Shown: piece by piece, positions 1-9,691 of the stretch
Layout of the letters: each line of letters begins with the position of its first letter
How positions within the stretch are numbered: the first letter of the stretch is position 1
Assembly (NCBI GenBank): GCA_963845535.1
Contig: CAWJSK010000004.1
Span: forward strand, 32,001-96,000
DNA: 64,000 bases
Reading direction: 5' to 3'
Source: an uncultured Spirochaetota bacterium
GTDB taxonomy: Bacteria > Spirochaetota > Spirochaetia > SZUA-6 > Fen-1364
Position numbers and translations under genes: made by a program
Notes under the pieces: model-generated
Told to the model about the DNA's origin: nothing
The model's input: the letters and a program-made list of their open reading frames with translations, nothing else
Database searches by the model: none

Positions 1-606
1 GACCTGTATCGCTTCAACCGGGCCGAGCTTCTCGAATGGGCAACGGCAAAGCGCGTCGGCGTTTCCCCCGAGATATTCGGGGACGGAAATGCCGAAGACG
101 AGCCGCTCCCTGGGCTCGAAGAGGCAATCAAAGCGGGCGGAATCCACTATCGTATTGGCGGCGCAACCAAAGCGGATGTCCTTGCCGCGGTGGTGGAAGT
201 CATGCGACTTCCGGACGAAGTGGACAGAAAGTTCCTCCTCTCCGTGATCCTTGCCCGCGAATCCCTGGGCTCAACGGGGTTCGGCGGCGGGATTGCAATC
301 CCCCACGTGCGCAATCCCATCGTGCTTCATATACCGCGGCCCATGATCACGCTCTGCTTCCTGGAAACACCAATCGAGTTCGGCGCAATCGACGGGCTGC
401 CCGTGCACACTCTGTTCACTCTTGTGAGCCCCACTGTCCGCGCTCACCTGCACCTTCTCTCCCGGCTCACGTACGGCCTGCGCATGGCCCAGTTCCGGGG
501 TCCCGTGGAAGCGCAGAACACCCGTGAGGCGCTCCTGGCGGGAGCGCACGCCGTGGACCTTGCCGCCGCCCCTCGGACAGCGGCGCCCGGAGGGGCCCAC
601 AGTTGA
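1..606 (+). CDS. HTH (excisionase-like) + PTS EIIA (Ntr/fructose-type) fusion protein, 5'-truncated by the window
   Basis: Frame 1 is open from base 1 (DLYRFNRAELLEWA...), resembling the end of an excisionase-type HTH. It continues into an EIIA domain with 'RESLGSTGFGGGIAIPH' (phospho-His motif). The stop overlaps the next start (TTGA). Confidence 0.8.
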   Translation, partial: DLYRFNRAELLEWATAKRVGVSPEIFGDGNAEDEPLPGLEEAIKAGGIHYRIGGATKADVLAAVVEVMRLPDEVDRKFLLSVILARESLGSTGFGGGIAIPHVRNPIVLHIPRPMITLCFLETPIEFGAIDGLPVHTLFTLVSPTVRAHLHLLSRLTYGLRMAQFRGPVEAQNTREALLAGAHAVDLAAAPRTAAPGGAHS

Positions 607-2645
607 TCCTCCTGTCCCTCCTCCCTCCCGCCCTCCTGGTCCTTACGGGACTTTGCTCGTTCTTTCTGAGCAGCCGGCCGCGCCTGTCACACGCTCTGGG
701 AGCGGCGGGCGCGGCGGCGGCAAGCCTGCTCGGCCTCGTGATTACGGCTCTTGCGCTCCTGGGCGGGCGTTGGGAAACGCTCTCCGCGGCGTGGAACACC
801 ACCGTGGGCGCCTCATTTTCCATCGGCTTTGACGCTTTGAGCGGCTTCTTTCTTCTCCCGATTTACGGCCTGTCCGCGGTTTGCGCGGTCTACGGCTTCG
901 GTTACCTCCGACATTCCCCCCGGGAGCGCAGCCTCGGGTCTTCGTGGCTTTTCTTCAGCATCCTTGCCGCCAGCATGGCCCTCGTGGTGCTGGCACGAAA
1001 CGCCGTCCTCTTCCTCTTTGCCTGGGAAATCATGTCCCTCTCTTCGTGGGTGCTGGTCACCCACGAGCATGAAAAGGAGGAGACCCGGCAGGCGGGAATC
1101 ACGTACCTCGTAGCAACGCAGATCGGCACCGCCTTCCTCATCGTAATGTTCCTGATCCTCGGCACGGCGGGAAACACGGGGGCGCCCGCGGCCACCCTGG
1201 CAGGCGGCGCCGAGGGAGCGGTGCTGGATTTCTCACGGTTCACCTCCGGGTCGGCGGCGGACATCCTCCCCGTGGCGGGCGTGGTTTTCCTTCTCAGCCT
1301 CATTGGTTTCGGCACGAAGGCGGGGATCGTTCCACTCCACGTCTGGCTCCCCGAGGCGCACCCCGCGGCCCCGTCCCACGTCAGCGCGCTCATGAGCGGC
1401 GTGATGATCAAGACGGGAATCTACGGAATCCTTCGCGTGCTGACTTTCCTGGGCGCGCCGCCGGCGTGGTGGGGATGGACGCTCGTCGGGCTTGGAGCGG
1501 TCTCTGGGATTGCCGGCGTGCTCTTCGCGCTTGCCCAGCACGACATCAAGAAGCTGCTCGCCTACCACAGCGTGGAAAACATCGGGATCATCTGCCTGGG
1601 ACTCGGCGTGGGGTTCCTCGGTGTGAGCTACAACGCACCGGTGGTGGCGGTCCTGGGGTTTCCCGGCGGGCTCTTGCACGTGCTGAACCACGCAATCTTC
1701 AAGGGGCTGCTCTTCCTGGGGGCCGGAGCCGCGGCGCACGCCACGGGCACCCGCGACATGGACCGGCTGGGGGGCCTGCTGAAAAGAATGCCCCTGACGG
1801 GCGTCAGCTTCCTGGTTGCCGCGGCGGCCATCAGCGGCCTTCCGCCTTTGAACGGTTTCGTGAGCGAGCTGTTGATCTTCCTCGGCGCATTCAGCGGGTT
1901 CCCCCTCACCGAGGTCCAGCTTTCCGTTTCAGCGGCGGCAGTGGTGGGGTCACTCGCCCTGATCAGCGGGCTGGCCGCCGCGTGCTTCACGAAGGCTTTC
2001 GGCATCTCCTTCCTGGGTGAGCCGAGGACGCCTGAAGCGGCCGCTGCGCATGAGCCTGGCGTCTCTCTCCTTGCCCCCATGCTCGTCCTGGCCGCGGGGT
2101 GCGCCGCCATTGGCTTGTTGGGACCCTACGCTGTCTCCATGATTTCTCCTCTGGCGGCGCAGATGGCGGGGCTTCCGTCTGAAACCGCGAACGGCCTTCT
2201 TGCGCCGGCGCGCTCCGGACTCCGTGGCGTGGCCCTTGCCGGCGTGGCCATTGCGGCGCTGACCGGGGCGCTGACCCTGGTACGCGTGCTTCTCCAGCGC
2301 AAGCGGCCCGCCATGAGCGCAGGAACGTGGGACTGCGGCTACGTGAAGCCTGACGCTCGGATGCAGTACACCTCCTCCTCTTTCGCGCAGCCGCTTACCG
2401 GCCAGTTCGCCTGGCTCCTGCGGACCGTCCGGCACTGGCGTCCCATCGAGGCGCTTTTTCCCGCCGAGGCAAGCTTCGAAACCGAGACGCCTGACGTTTT
2501 CTCAAAAGGATTTTTCCGTCCCGTTTTTCGCGGAGCGGGGACCGCCCTCTCCCGCCTGGCATGGCTCCAGCACGGGCGGCTGCAGCTGTACGTCCTATAT
2601 CTCGCCGCGGCGCTTCTTGCCCTTCTTGTGTGGAGGCTTAGCTGA
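603..2645 (+). CDS. hyfB: HyfB-like / Ehr antiporter-like membrane subunit (NuoL/MrpA family)
   Basis: 680-aa hydrophobic protein with 'GFGTKAGIVPLHVWLPEAHPAAPSHVSALMSG', 'KKLLAYHSVENIG' and 'WDCGY'. Confidence 0.85.
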   Translation: MILLSLLPPALLVLTGLCSFFLSSRPRLSHALGAAGAAAASLLGLVITALALLGGRWETLSAAWNTTVGASFSIGFDALSGFFLLPIYGLSAVCAVYGFGYLRHSPRERSLGSSWLFFSILAASMALVVLARNAVLFLFAWEIMSLSSWVLVTHEHEKEETRQAGITYLVATQIGTAFLIVMFLILGTAGNTGAPAATLAGGAEGAVLDFSRFTSGSAADILPVAGVVFLLSLIGFGTKAGIVPLHVWLPEAHPAAPSHVSALMSGVMIKTGIYGILRVLTFLGAPPAWWGWTLVGLGAVSGIAGVLFALAQHDIKKLLAYHSVENIGIICLGLGVGFLGVSYNAPVVAVLGFPGGLLHVLNHAIFKGLLFLGAGAAAHATGTRDMDRLGGLLKRMPLTGVSFLVAAAAISGLPPLNGFVSELLIFLGAFSGFPLTEVQLSVSAAAVVGSLALISGLAAACFTKAFGISFLGEPRTPEAAAAHEPGVSLLAPMLVLAAGCAAIGLLGPYAVSMISPLAAQMAGLPSETANGLLAPARSGLRGVALAGVAIAALTGALTLVRVLLQRKRPAMSAGTWDCGYVKPDARMQYTSSSFAQPLTGQFAWLLRTVRHWRPIEALFPAEASFETETPDVFSKGFFRPVFRGAGTALSRLAWLQHGRLQLYVLYLAAALLALLVWRLS

Positions 2646-2649
2646 CGCC

Positions 2650-3561
2650 ATGGATCAAACAGGCATCTCCGCCTTCCAGCTCGCGCTTTCCCTCCTGCTC
2701 GCTCCGCTTTTGCCCGGCATTATCAACCGGGTCAAGGCCGTCGTGGCGGGCCGGCGCGGACAGCCCTTGCTCCAGGGCTACTACGACATAGCGAAGCTCC
2801 TTTCCAAGGGCTCGGTGTACAGCAGGACGACGAGCTGGGTTTTCCGCGCGGGGCCTTCCCTGGGATGCGCGGCTTCCCTGCTGGCGCTCACGGTCCTGCC
2901 ATGGGGATCAGATGGCAGCCTGGTTTCCTTCGAGGGGGACCTCATCCTCTTTGCCGGCCTTTTCGGGCTCATGCGGTTCTTGACCATCCTGGCGGCGCTG
3001 GACACCGGCTCGGCGTTCGAGGGCATGGGCGCCAGCCGCGAGGCGTGGTTCTCCGCGCTGGCTGAACCGGCGCTCCTCCTCGGGCTTGCCTCCCTTGCCG
3101 GCCGGGCGCAAAGCATTTCCCTGGGAGGGATCCTTGCCGGCCCCGGTCTCGGCGGAGGCCGCGGGGCGGTGGTCCTCCTGGCAGCCGGGGCGGTCTTCAT
3201 CGTTTTTCTCAGTGAGAACGCGCGCATCCCCGTGGATGACCCCACGACCCATCTCGAGCTGACCATGATCCACGAGGTCATGGTGCTGGACCACAGCGGC
3301 GTTGACTTCGCCTACATCCAGTATGGCGCATCACTGAAGCTGTGGGCGCTCGGCGGGTTCCTTGTCGGATTGTTGAGGCCCAGGACCGGCCTGTGGCCGG
3401 CAGACCTGGCCATTGGGCTCGGAGGCATGCTGTGCGTCGGGATTGCCACGGGGGCCGTGGAATCCTTCATTGCCCGGCTGCGCCTGGCCAGGGTCCCCCA
3501 GCTCCTCGTAGCTGCCGTGGCCATGTCCGCCCTGGCGCTGGCGCTTTCCCTGGTGAGGTGA
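2650..3561 (+). CDS. hyfC: HyfC/HycD-like membrane subunit (NuoH family)
   Basis: 'GRRGQPLLQGYYDIAKLL', 'AFEGMGASRE', 'ENARIPVDDPTTHLELTMIHE'; ATG at 2650. Confidence 0.85.
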   Translation: MDQTGISAFQLALSLLLAPLLPGIINRVKAVVAGRRGQPLLQGYYDIAKLLSKGSVYSRTTSWVFRAGPSLGCAASLLALTVLPWGSDGSLVSFEGDLILFAGLFGLMRFLTILAALDTGSAFEGMGASREAWFSALAEPALLLGLASLAGRAQSISLGGILAGPGLGGGRGAVVLLAAGAVFIVFLSENARIPVDDPTTHLELTMIHEVMVLDHSGVDFAYIQYGASLKLWALGGFLVGLLRPRTGLWPADLAIGLGGMLCVGIATGAVESFIARLRLARVPQLLVAAVAMSALALALSLVR

Positions 3562-3562
3562 C

Positions 3563-4219
3563 GTGATGACTGTGTGGGTGGAGGGTTTCCTCGTCATTCT
3601 CGTGCTGACCAACCTCTGGCTCCTGGGCTCGAGCCGGCTCCTCTCCTGCATTGCCGTGGTGTCGGTCCAAGGCGTGCTCCTCGGGTTGCTTCCGCTGGTC
3701 ATCAGGATTGACGCGCCGTTGTGGCGGCTCCTGCTGCAGGCAGGGGTAAGCCTCGGCCTCAAGGGGATCATCTTCCCGCTCCTCATGCTGCGGGCGGTCC
3801 GCTCCGTGGACGCCCGGCGTGAAGTGGAGCCGTTGGTGGGATACTCCACTTCGCTCCTCATTGGCGTAGCCCTCCTTGCCGTGTCCCTGTACACCGGCCT
3901 TCGCCTCCCCATCCCGGTCGGAACAACGCCGAGGCTCCTCGTGCCGGCGGCCCTCTTCACCGCGCTCACGGGGCTCTTCGTGATCGTGGGAAGGAGATCG
4001 GCAATCGTGCAAGCCCTGGCCTATCTGGCCATGGAGAACGGGATTGCCGCCTTCGGCATGGCGCTGGCCGAACAGGAACCGCTTCTGGTGGAAATGGGGA
4101 CGCTTCTGGATGCCTTTGTGGCCGTGTTCGTCATGGGGATCACGATCTTCCATATCAACAGGGAGTTTGACCACATCGACTCCGAGAGACTCTCAAGCCT
4201 GAAGGACACCCCGCAATGA
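3563..4219 (+). CDS. hyfE: HyfE-like membrane subunit
   Basis: Hydrophobic 218 aa with 'YLAMENGI' and 'VEMGTLLD'; operon position. Confidence 0.8.
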   Translation: MMTVWVEGFLVILVLTNLWLLGSSRLLSCIAVVSVQGVLLGLLPLVIRIDAPLWRLLLQAGVSLGLKGIIFPLLMLRAVRSVDARREVEPLVGYSTSLLIGVALLAVSLYTGLRLPIPVGTTPRLLVPAALFTALTGLFVIVGRRSAIVQALAYLAMENGIAAFGMALAEQEPLLVEMGTLLDAFVAVFVMGITIFHINREFDHIDSERLSSLKDTPQ

Positions 4220-5673
4220 TCCTCATCCTCATCCTTCTGCCCGCCTGCGCCGCGGTTGCGGCGTTTCTCATCAAGTCGAACCCCGTCCGCCGCGGCCTCC
4301 TGGTGTCGGTATCCGCGCTGCACGCGCTCCTGGTAGGCTGGCTGTGGATCAGCCCTTCGCGCTTCCCGCCCATCAGCGCCTGGCTTGCCGTGGACGCCCT
4401 TGGGCAGGTCTTCCTGGGAATCACGAGCCTGCTTTTCTTTGCAGTGTCCCTGTCCGCCGTGAGCTTTCTTCGAAGCGAAAGCGGCACCACCCGTTCTGAT
4501 CCCGAGGAAGGCTTTCTCTTCGACAACACCCCTGAGGCGCTGTTCACCGCGTGCCTTCTGGGGTTTCTCTCCACCATGACGCTCGTCACCACGAGCCAGC
4601 ACCTCGGCCTCCTCTGGGTTGCAATCGAAGGAACGACGCTCGTGAGCGCCCCGCTCATCCATTACCACCGTCACCACCGCTCCCTGGAAGCGACCTGGAA
4701 ATACCTGCTGGTCTGTTCGGTGGGAATTGCCTTTGCGCTCCTCGGGACGTACTTCCTGGCCGCCGCCGTTCCCGCGGGCGGCATCAACTCCATGACGCTC
4801 AAGGCGCTGATCGATAATGCCTCACGGCTGGACACGCGCTGGCTCAAAGCTGCTTTCCTCCTGCTCCTGGTGGGGTACGGGACCAAGATGGGATTGGCGC
4901 CCATGCACACGTGGCTTCCGGATGCGCACAGCGAGGCGCCGTCAGTTGTTTCCGCGCTCCTCTCCGGGGCGCTCCTCAACTGCGCGTTCCTTGCAATCCT
5001 TCGCATCTTCTCCGTTGTGTCTGCCGCGGGCCTGGGACATTTCGGCAGGGAAACGATCCTCGTCTTCGGGCTCGTCTCGATGGGCGTGGCGGCGGGGCTC
5101 ATCATTGGCCAGCCCGACTACAAGCGGATGCTCGCCTACTCAAGCGTGGAACACATGGGGATACTGTCCGTCGGGATTGGCCTTGGCGGCCTTGGCGACT
5201 GGGGGGCGATTTTCCATGCCGTGAACCACTCCCTCATCAAGGCGTCCCTGTTTCTCCTTGCGGGAAACATCCTGGCGCTCTACGGATCAAAAAGGATCTC
5301 TGACGTGCGCGGCGCGCTGCGCTCCCTCCCCGTGACGGCGGTCCTCTGGGTGGCCGGCTTCTTCGCGATCATGGGAGCTCCCCCTTTCGGCGCGTTTGCA
5401 AGCGAGCTTGCCATCTTGCGCGCCGCCGTGGAGTCAGGGTCATGGCTGGTCGTGGTGATTTTCTCCCTGCTCCTGGCCGCCGTGTTCGCCGGGATGATCA
5501 GCGTGCTCGTGCGCACGGCGCAGGGAGCCGGCACACAAGAACGGATCAAGGAGCCGGCTCTCAGCCTGGCCGCGCCGCTTTCCCTTCTTGCACTCTCCCT
5601 CTTCCTCGGGATTTTCATCCCGGGCTTTCTCGACAGGGCCATCTGGCGCGCCGTCATGCTCCTGGGGGTCTAG
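4216..5673 (+). CDS. hyfF: HyfF-like antiporter-like membrane subunit
   Basis: 'SLEATWKYLLVCSVGI', 'GYGTKMGLAPMHTWLPDAHSEAP', 'KRMLAYSSVEHMG'. Confidence 0.85.
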   Translation: MILILILLPACAAVAAFLIKSNPVRRGLLVSVSALHALLVGWLWISPSRFPPISAWLAVDALGQVFLGITSLLFFAVSLSAVSFLRSESGTTRSDPEEGFLFDNTPEALFTACLLGFLSTMTLVTTSQHLGLLWVAIEGTTLVSAPLIHYHRHHRSLEATWKYLLVCSVGIAFALLGTYFLAAAVPAGGINSMTLKALIDNASRLDTRWLKAAFLLLLVGYGTKMGLAPMHTWLPDAHSEAPSVVSALLSGALLNCAFLAILRIFSVVSAAGLGHFGRETILVFGLVSMGVAAGLIIGQPDYKRMLAYSSVEHMGILSVGIGLGGLGDWGAIFHAVNHSLIKASLFLLAGNILALYGSKRISDVRGALRSLPVTAVLWVAGFFAIMGAPPFGAFASELAILRAAVESGSWLVVVIFSLLLAAVFAGMISVLVRTAQGAGTQERIKEPALSLAAPLSLLALSLFLGIFIPGFLDRAIWRAVMLLGV

Positions 5674-5674
5674 C

Positions 5675-7216
5675 GTGAAGGCAAAAAGCGCGGCGGCAGG
5701 CACAGGCCTTGTCCTCCATAACGGCGGGAGTGTCCCTTCTTCACGCATTCCCATTTTCCCCGTTGAGCAGGCGCGCCGGCTGCTGATTGACGGAGTCAGG
5801 GAGGGCGCGGAGATTGCCGCTCTTTACGCCAGGCCGGCGGCTTCGGGCTTCCAGTTGGTTGCCGTCCTCATGGACCGCTCCCAGGGTGAGCTTCGGGTGT
5901 TTTCAACGCGGCTTACCGACACCTGGCCTTCCATCACTCCTGAATGCCCGTGCGCCCACTTGTTCGAAAGGGAGATCGCGGAGCAGTGGAACATCGCGGT
6001 CCCGGGCCATCCGTGGATGAAGCCCGTGCGTTTTGCCACTGCGCTGCCCGGCGCGCTGCCGCGGCCCGTGGACGGCGGAGCGCAGAGCGCCGCCCCCGTC
6101 ATTGGAGATGCAAAGTTCTTCCGCGTTCACGGAGAGGAGATACACGAGGTGGCCGTGGGTCCCGTTCATGCCGGGGTGATCGAGCCGGGGCATTTCCGCT
6201 TCCAGTGCCATGGGGAGACCGTGCTCCATCTGGAGATATCCCTGGGCTACCAGCACAGAGGCATAGAGCGGGCGCTTGCTGGCGGTCCGGATCAGCGTTC
6301 CATCCACTACGCTGAGACGCTTGCGGGGGACACCACCATCGGGCACGCCACGGCGTACTGCGAGGCCCTGGAGGCGTTGAGCGGCAGGGAAGCGCCGCCG
6401 CGCGCCCAGGCGCTGCGGGCTGTTGCCCTCGAGCTGGAGCGGATTGCCAACCACATAGGAGATCTCGGAGCGCTCTCCGGCGATATCGGGTTCCTTCCCA
6501 CCTCGTCGTGGTGCGGCCGCATTCGCGGCGATGTGCTGAACATGAGCGCGCTCCTGTGCGGAAGCCGGTTCGGCCGGGGTCTGGTGCGGCCGGGCGGAGT
6601 AGCCTTCGATGCGGATGACAAGCTCATCGGAGAGCTGAAAGATCGCATCCGGGCCAGCGCGCGCGACTCCACGGGCGCCTGCGAGCTTCTGTGGAAGACG
6701 CCTTCCGTCCTGGCAAGGTTCGAGGGCGCCGGGGCCATCCCCCAGGAGACGGCGCTGGAGATCGGGCTCACCGGTCCGGCCGCGCGTGCGTGCGGAGTGG
6801 AGCGTGACGTGAGAAGTGACATCCCCACCGGGATCTGGCGCTTCACGCAGATCCCGCTTTCCACGTGGCGTACCGGCGACGTCTTTGCCCGCGCGTACGT
6901 TCGATGGCTGGAGGTCCAGAGGTCCTTTGCATTCATCGAGGACCAGCTGGGCGCCTTGCCCTCGGGGGACGTCCGCGTGCAGCTTCCCAAACCGGCCAAG
7001 TCCGCTTTCGCCGTGAGCCTTGTCGAAGGGTGGCGCGGGGCCATCTGCCACGCCGTCATGACGGACGTCGACGGGAGATTCGGCCGGTACAAGGTGGTTG
7101 ACCCTTCTTTCCATGACTGGTTCGGCGTCGCCCTGGCCATGCGCGGCCAGCCGATCTCGGACTTTCCGCTGTGCAACAAGAGCTTCAACTTGTCCTACTG
7201 CGGACATGACTTGTGA
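5675..7216 (+). CDS. NuoC/NuoD-like large subunit of an Ehr (energy-converting hydrogenase-related) complex, without NiFe ligands
   Basis: 'FEREIAEQW', 'VGPVHAGVIEPGHFRF', 'LGYQHRGIE'. The NiFe-site regions read 'AETLAGDTT' and 'DFPLCNKSFNLSYCGHDL'. Likely GTG start at 5675. Confidence 0.85.
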   Translation: MKAKSAAAGTGLVLHNGGSVPSSRIPIFPVEQARRLLIDGVREGAEIAALYARPAASGFQLVAVLMDRSQGELRVFSTRLTDTWPSITPECPCAHLFEREIAEQWNIAVPGHPWMKPVRFATALPGALPRPVDGGAQSAAPVIGDAKFFRVHGEEIHEVAVGPVHAGVIEPGHFRFQCHGETVLHLEISLGYQHRGIERALAGGPDQRSIHYAETLAGDTTIGHATAYCEALEALSGREAPPRAQALRAVALELERIANHIGDLGALSGDIGFLPTSSWCGRIRGDVLNMSALLCGSRFGRGLVRPGGVAFDADDKLIGELKDRIRASARDSTGACELLWKTPSVLARFEGAGAIPQETALEIGLTGPAARACGVERDVRSDIPTGIWRFTQIPLSTWRTGDVFARAYVRWLEVQRSFAFIEDQLGALPSGDVRVQLPKPAKSAFAVSLVEGWRGAICHAVMTDVDGRFGRYKVVDPSFHDWFGVALAMRGQPISDFPLCNKSFNLSYCGHDL

Positions 7217-7228
7217 GGACGTGAAGGG

Positions 7229-8003
7229 ATGTTGAGGATCATTCGGGAAAGATTTCACCAGGGATACAGAACCACGCGTTTTCCCAAAGGCGAGCCTCCC
7301 GCCCTCCCGGGGCGGTTTCGAGGCATTCCGGTCCTGGATTCATCCCGATGCGCAAACGGGTGCGCGGATTGCCTTGCCGCCTGCCCTACGGGGGCGCTTG
7401 CGCTCACGCCTGGCAAGGGCTTGCAGATCGACCTGGGCGCATGCCTCTTCTGCGGGGAGTGCGCCGCCGCCTGCCAGCGGGGGGCCATTTCCTTCACGAA
7501 CGACTACCGGCTTGCAACTCGGGAGCGGCAGGACCTCGTGGTCAGCGAAGGGCAGAAGCTGAAGCTTGCGAAGTCCTTGGGACGGGAGCTGCGGCGCATC
7601 CTGGGGCGGTCACTCCGGCTGCGCCAGGTGAGCGCCGGCGGATGCAACGGCTGCGAGGCTGACGCGAACGTCCTCACCACTGTCGGGTGGGACATGGGGA
7701 GGTTCGGGATCCAGTTTGTCGCATCACCCCGGCACGCTGATGGACTCCTTGTCACCGGACCGGTGACGCAGAACATGCAGCCTGGCGCTGAAAAAGGCGT
7801 GGGACGCTGTGCCTGAGCCGAAGATCCTCATTGCCTCGGGGGCATGCGCAATCTCCGGCGGCCTCTTTCGCGGCGCTCCCGAAGTCTGTGACGGCGTGGG
7901 GGGAATCCTCCCTGTGGACCTGTTCGTGCCCGGCTGTCCGCCCCATCCGCTCACGCTGCTGGACGGCCTTCTTCGATTGATCGGCAAGGGACGAGCGGAC
8001 TGA
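7229..8003 (+). CDS. Fused 2x[4Fe-4S] ferredoxin + NuoB/HyfI-like small subunit (apparent +1 frameshift near 7781)
   Basis: 'CANGCADCLAACP', 'CLFCGECAAAC', 'AGGCNGCE'. After removing one base it continues LALKKAWDAVPEPK...GACAISGG...PGCPP. Confidence 0.85.
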
Positions 8004-8068
8004 ACACGGCGTTTTTTGCGCCGCGCCACGGCGGGGCAGATCCGCGCGGATGCGGTGTTGAAGTACGC

Positions 8069-8858
8069 ATGACCACCACGATCTACTTCTACTCAGCCAC
8101 CGGCAACTCCTTTGAGATTGCAAGAACCATTGCCAGGGAAATCGGTGACGCCCGCGTCCTGCCAATTGCGCACTATCGCAAGGAAAAAGCAATTCCCGAC
8201 ACTGCCAAGGTCGGCATCGTTTTCCCCGTCCATGCGTGGGGACCTCCCCGCACGGTGAGCGAGTTCCTCCAGAACCTCGACCTGCGCGGCGTGCGCTACA
8301 CGTTCGCGATTGCCAGCTGCGGTGGCACCGCCGCGGGCACGCTTCCGAAACTGCGAAGGGCGGTCCGAAAAAATGGCGGCGAGCTGCACGCCGGCTTCAT
8401 TGTGCGGTCCAAAGGGCTACATGGCGAGCGGCGGCAGCAATCCGATGATCAAGATGGTCAGGCGGCTATCCGGAAGACCGTTCGGCACCTCGGAAGAGAG
8501 GCTTCCCGGGATCATTGAGACAATCAAGGCCGAAAGGAAGCTGAAGGTTGAACGGAGCGCCGTTGGCGGGACCCTCTTGGGGAACTTCTTCCACTCCATG
8601 GCCGGAAAGCAGTTTGCCCGGCTGGACGCAAACTACGAGGTCAGGGATTCGTGCAAGAGCTGCGGGAACTGCACGCGCATCTGCCCGCGCGGGAACGTGA
8701 CTCTCATGGACGGAAAGCCCACCTGGCACCACGACTGCGACTTCTGCGGGGCCTGCGCCACCTGGTGCCCCAACAACGCAATCGGGTTCAAGGGCGCTCC
8801 GGCCGCTCCGCGAAAGCACAACGAAAGCGTAACACGAGCCGAGCTCATGGGGGTGTGA
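8069..8858 (+). CDS. EFR1-type flavodoxin + ferredoxin protein (apparent frameshift near 8411)
   Basis: N-terminal 'YFYSATGNS' and 'VFPVHAWG'; C-terminal 'CKSCGNCTRICP' and 'CDFCGACATWCP' in the next frame. Confidence 0.8.
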
Positions 8859-8900
8859 TACCCTGGGCAAAGTCAAGCGCGCGGCACACCGCCACCTGAG

Positions 8901-8920
8901 CGTCGGACAGTCGTCCGACG
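8901..8920. terminator. GC-rich hairpin between convergent genes
   Basis: CGTCGGAC-AGTC-GTCCGACG, perfect 8-bp stem, no U-tract. Confidence 0.4.
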
Positions 8921-8931
8921 ATCATCGACCA

Positions 8932-9552
8932 TCATCCGATGATCGAGAGAAACTTCGCAGAATCCATGACCGCGCCGAACTTCATGCCGAAGTTCTTGAG
9001 CGTTGCATGCTGAAGCACCGCGTCAAACGAGGACACGCCGTCCGAAAGCATCACGGTCTTGAATCCGTGATGGAAAGACTCCCGCGCGGTTTCCTCAACA
9101 CATATCTGCGTGACGGTGCCGCAGACTATGACGGTGTCCGCGCGCTCCGCGCGCAGGATGTCTTCCAGGTTGGTCCGAAAAAAAGCGCCGTAGCCGTACT
9201 TGTCCACGATGTACTCCGTTGAAAGCGGAGCAAGCTCGTCAATGACGGCAACGCACTCGCGCTCGGCTTTGATGTCGGAATACATTCGACGGAAACCTTT
9301 GTGGCAACAGTTGGTGGGCGGGGCGAGCTGCGGGGACCACTTCCACACCAGCGTTTCCTTCGGGGTGGCAAGGAAACGGGTGAAGACGACAGGACGGCCG
9401 CTTTGGCGGAACTTCCCCAGCACGGCCTTGATGGGTCCAATGGTGACACGGGCGTCAGGGACTTCCAGCGGCGCCCCCACGCGGACAAAGTCGTTCTGCA
9501 TGTCCACGACCACGAAAGCCGCTGAGTTCAACCGGACGTCGAAAGGCTCCAC
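8932..9552 (-). CDS. Isochorismatase-family cysteine hydrolase
   Basis: 'VVDMQNDF', 'DKYGYGAF', 'GTVTQICVEETAR' (D-K-C triad). Confidence 0.85.
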   Translation of the reverse strand: MEPFDVRLNSAAFVVVDMQNDFVRVGAPLEVPDARVTIGPIKAVLGKFRQSGRPVVFTRFLATPKETLVWKWSPQLAPPTNCCHKGFRRMYSDIKAERECVAVIDELAPLSTEYIVDKYGYGAFFRTNLEDILRAERADTVIVCGTVTQICVEETARESFHHGFKTVMLSDGVSSFDAVLQHATLKNFGMKFGAVMDSAKFLSIIG

Positions 9553-9653
9553 GGGGAGCGAGCGTACGGCAAACGCCCCCCGGGCGTCAAGATAAACGGC
9601 GGAATGATTCGATGCGGATTCGGCAGCAATTTGACTGACGATCTGACGGCAAT

Positions 9654-9682
9654 TTGACAGCCCCCCGGGGACGCCTCATACT
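9654..9682 (+). promoter_or_regulatory. sigma70-type promoter
   Basis: TTGACA-17-CATACT. Confidence 0.55.
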
Positions 9683-9691
9683 GTGATTTCG

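Noticed and set aside
5675..7216. NiFe hydrogenase-4 / formate hydrogenlyase
   Set aside because: Both CxxC NiFe-binding motifs are absent, and no maturation or FDH genes are nearby
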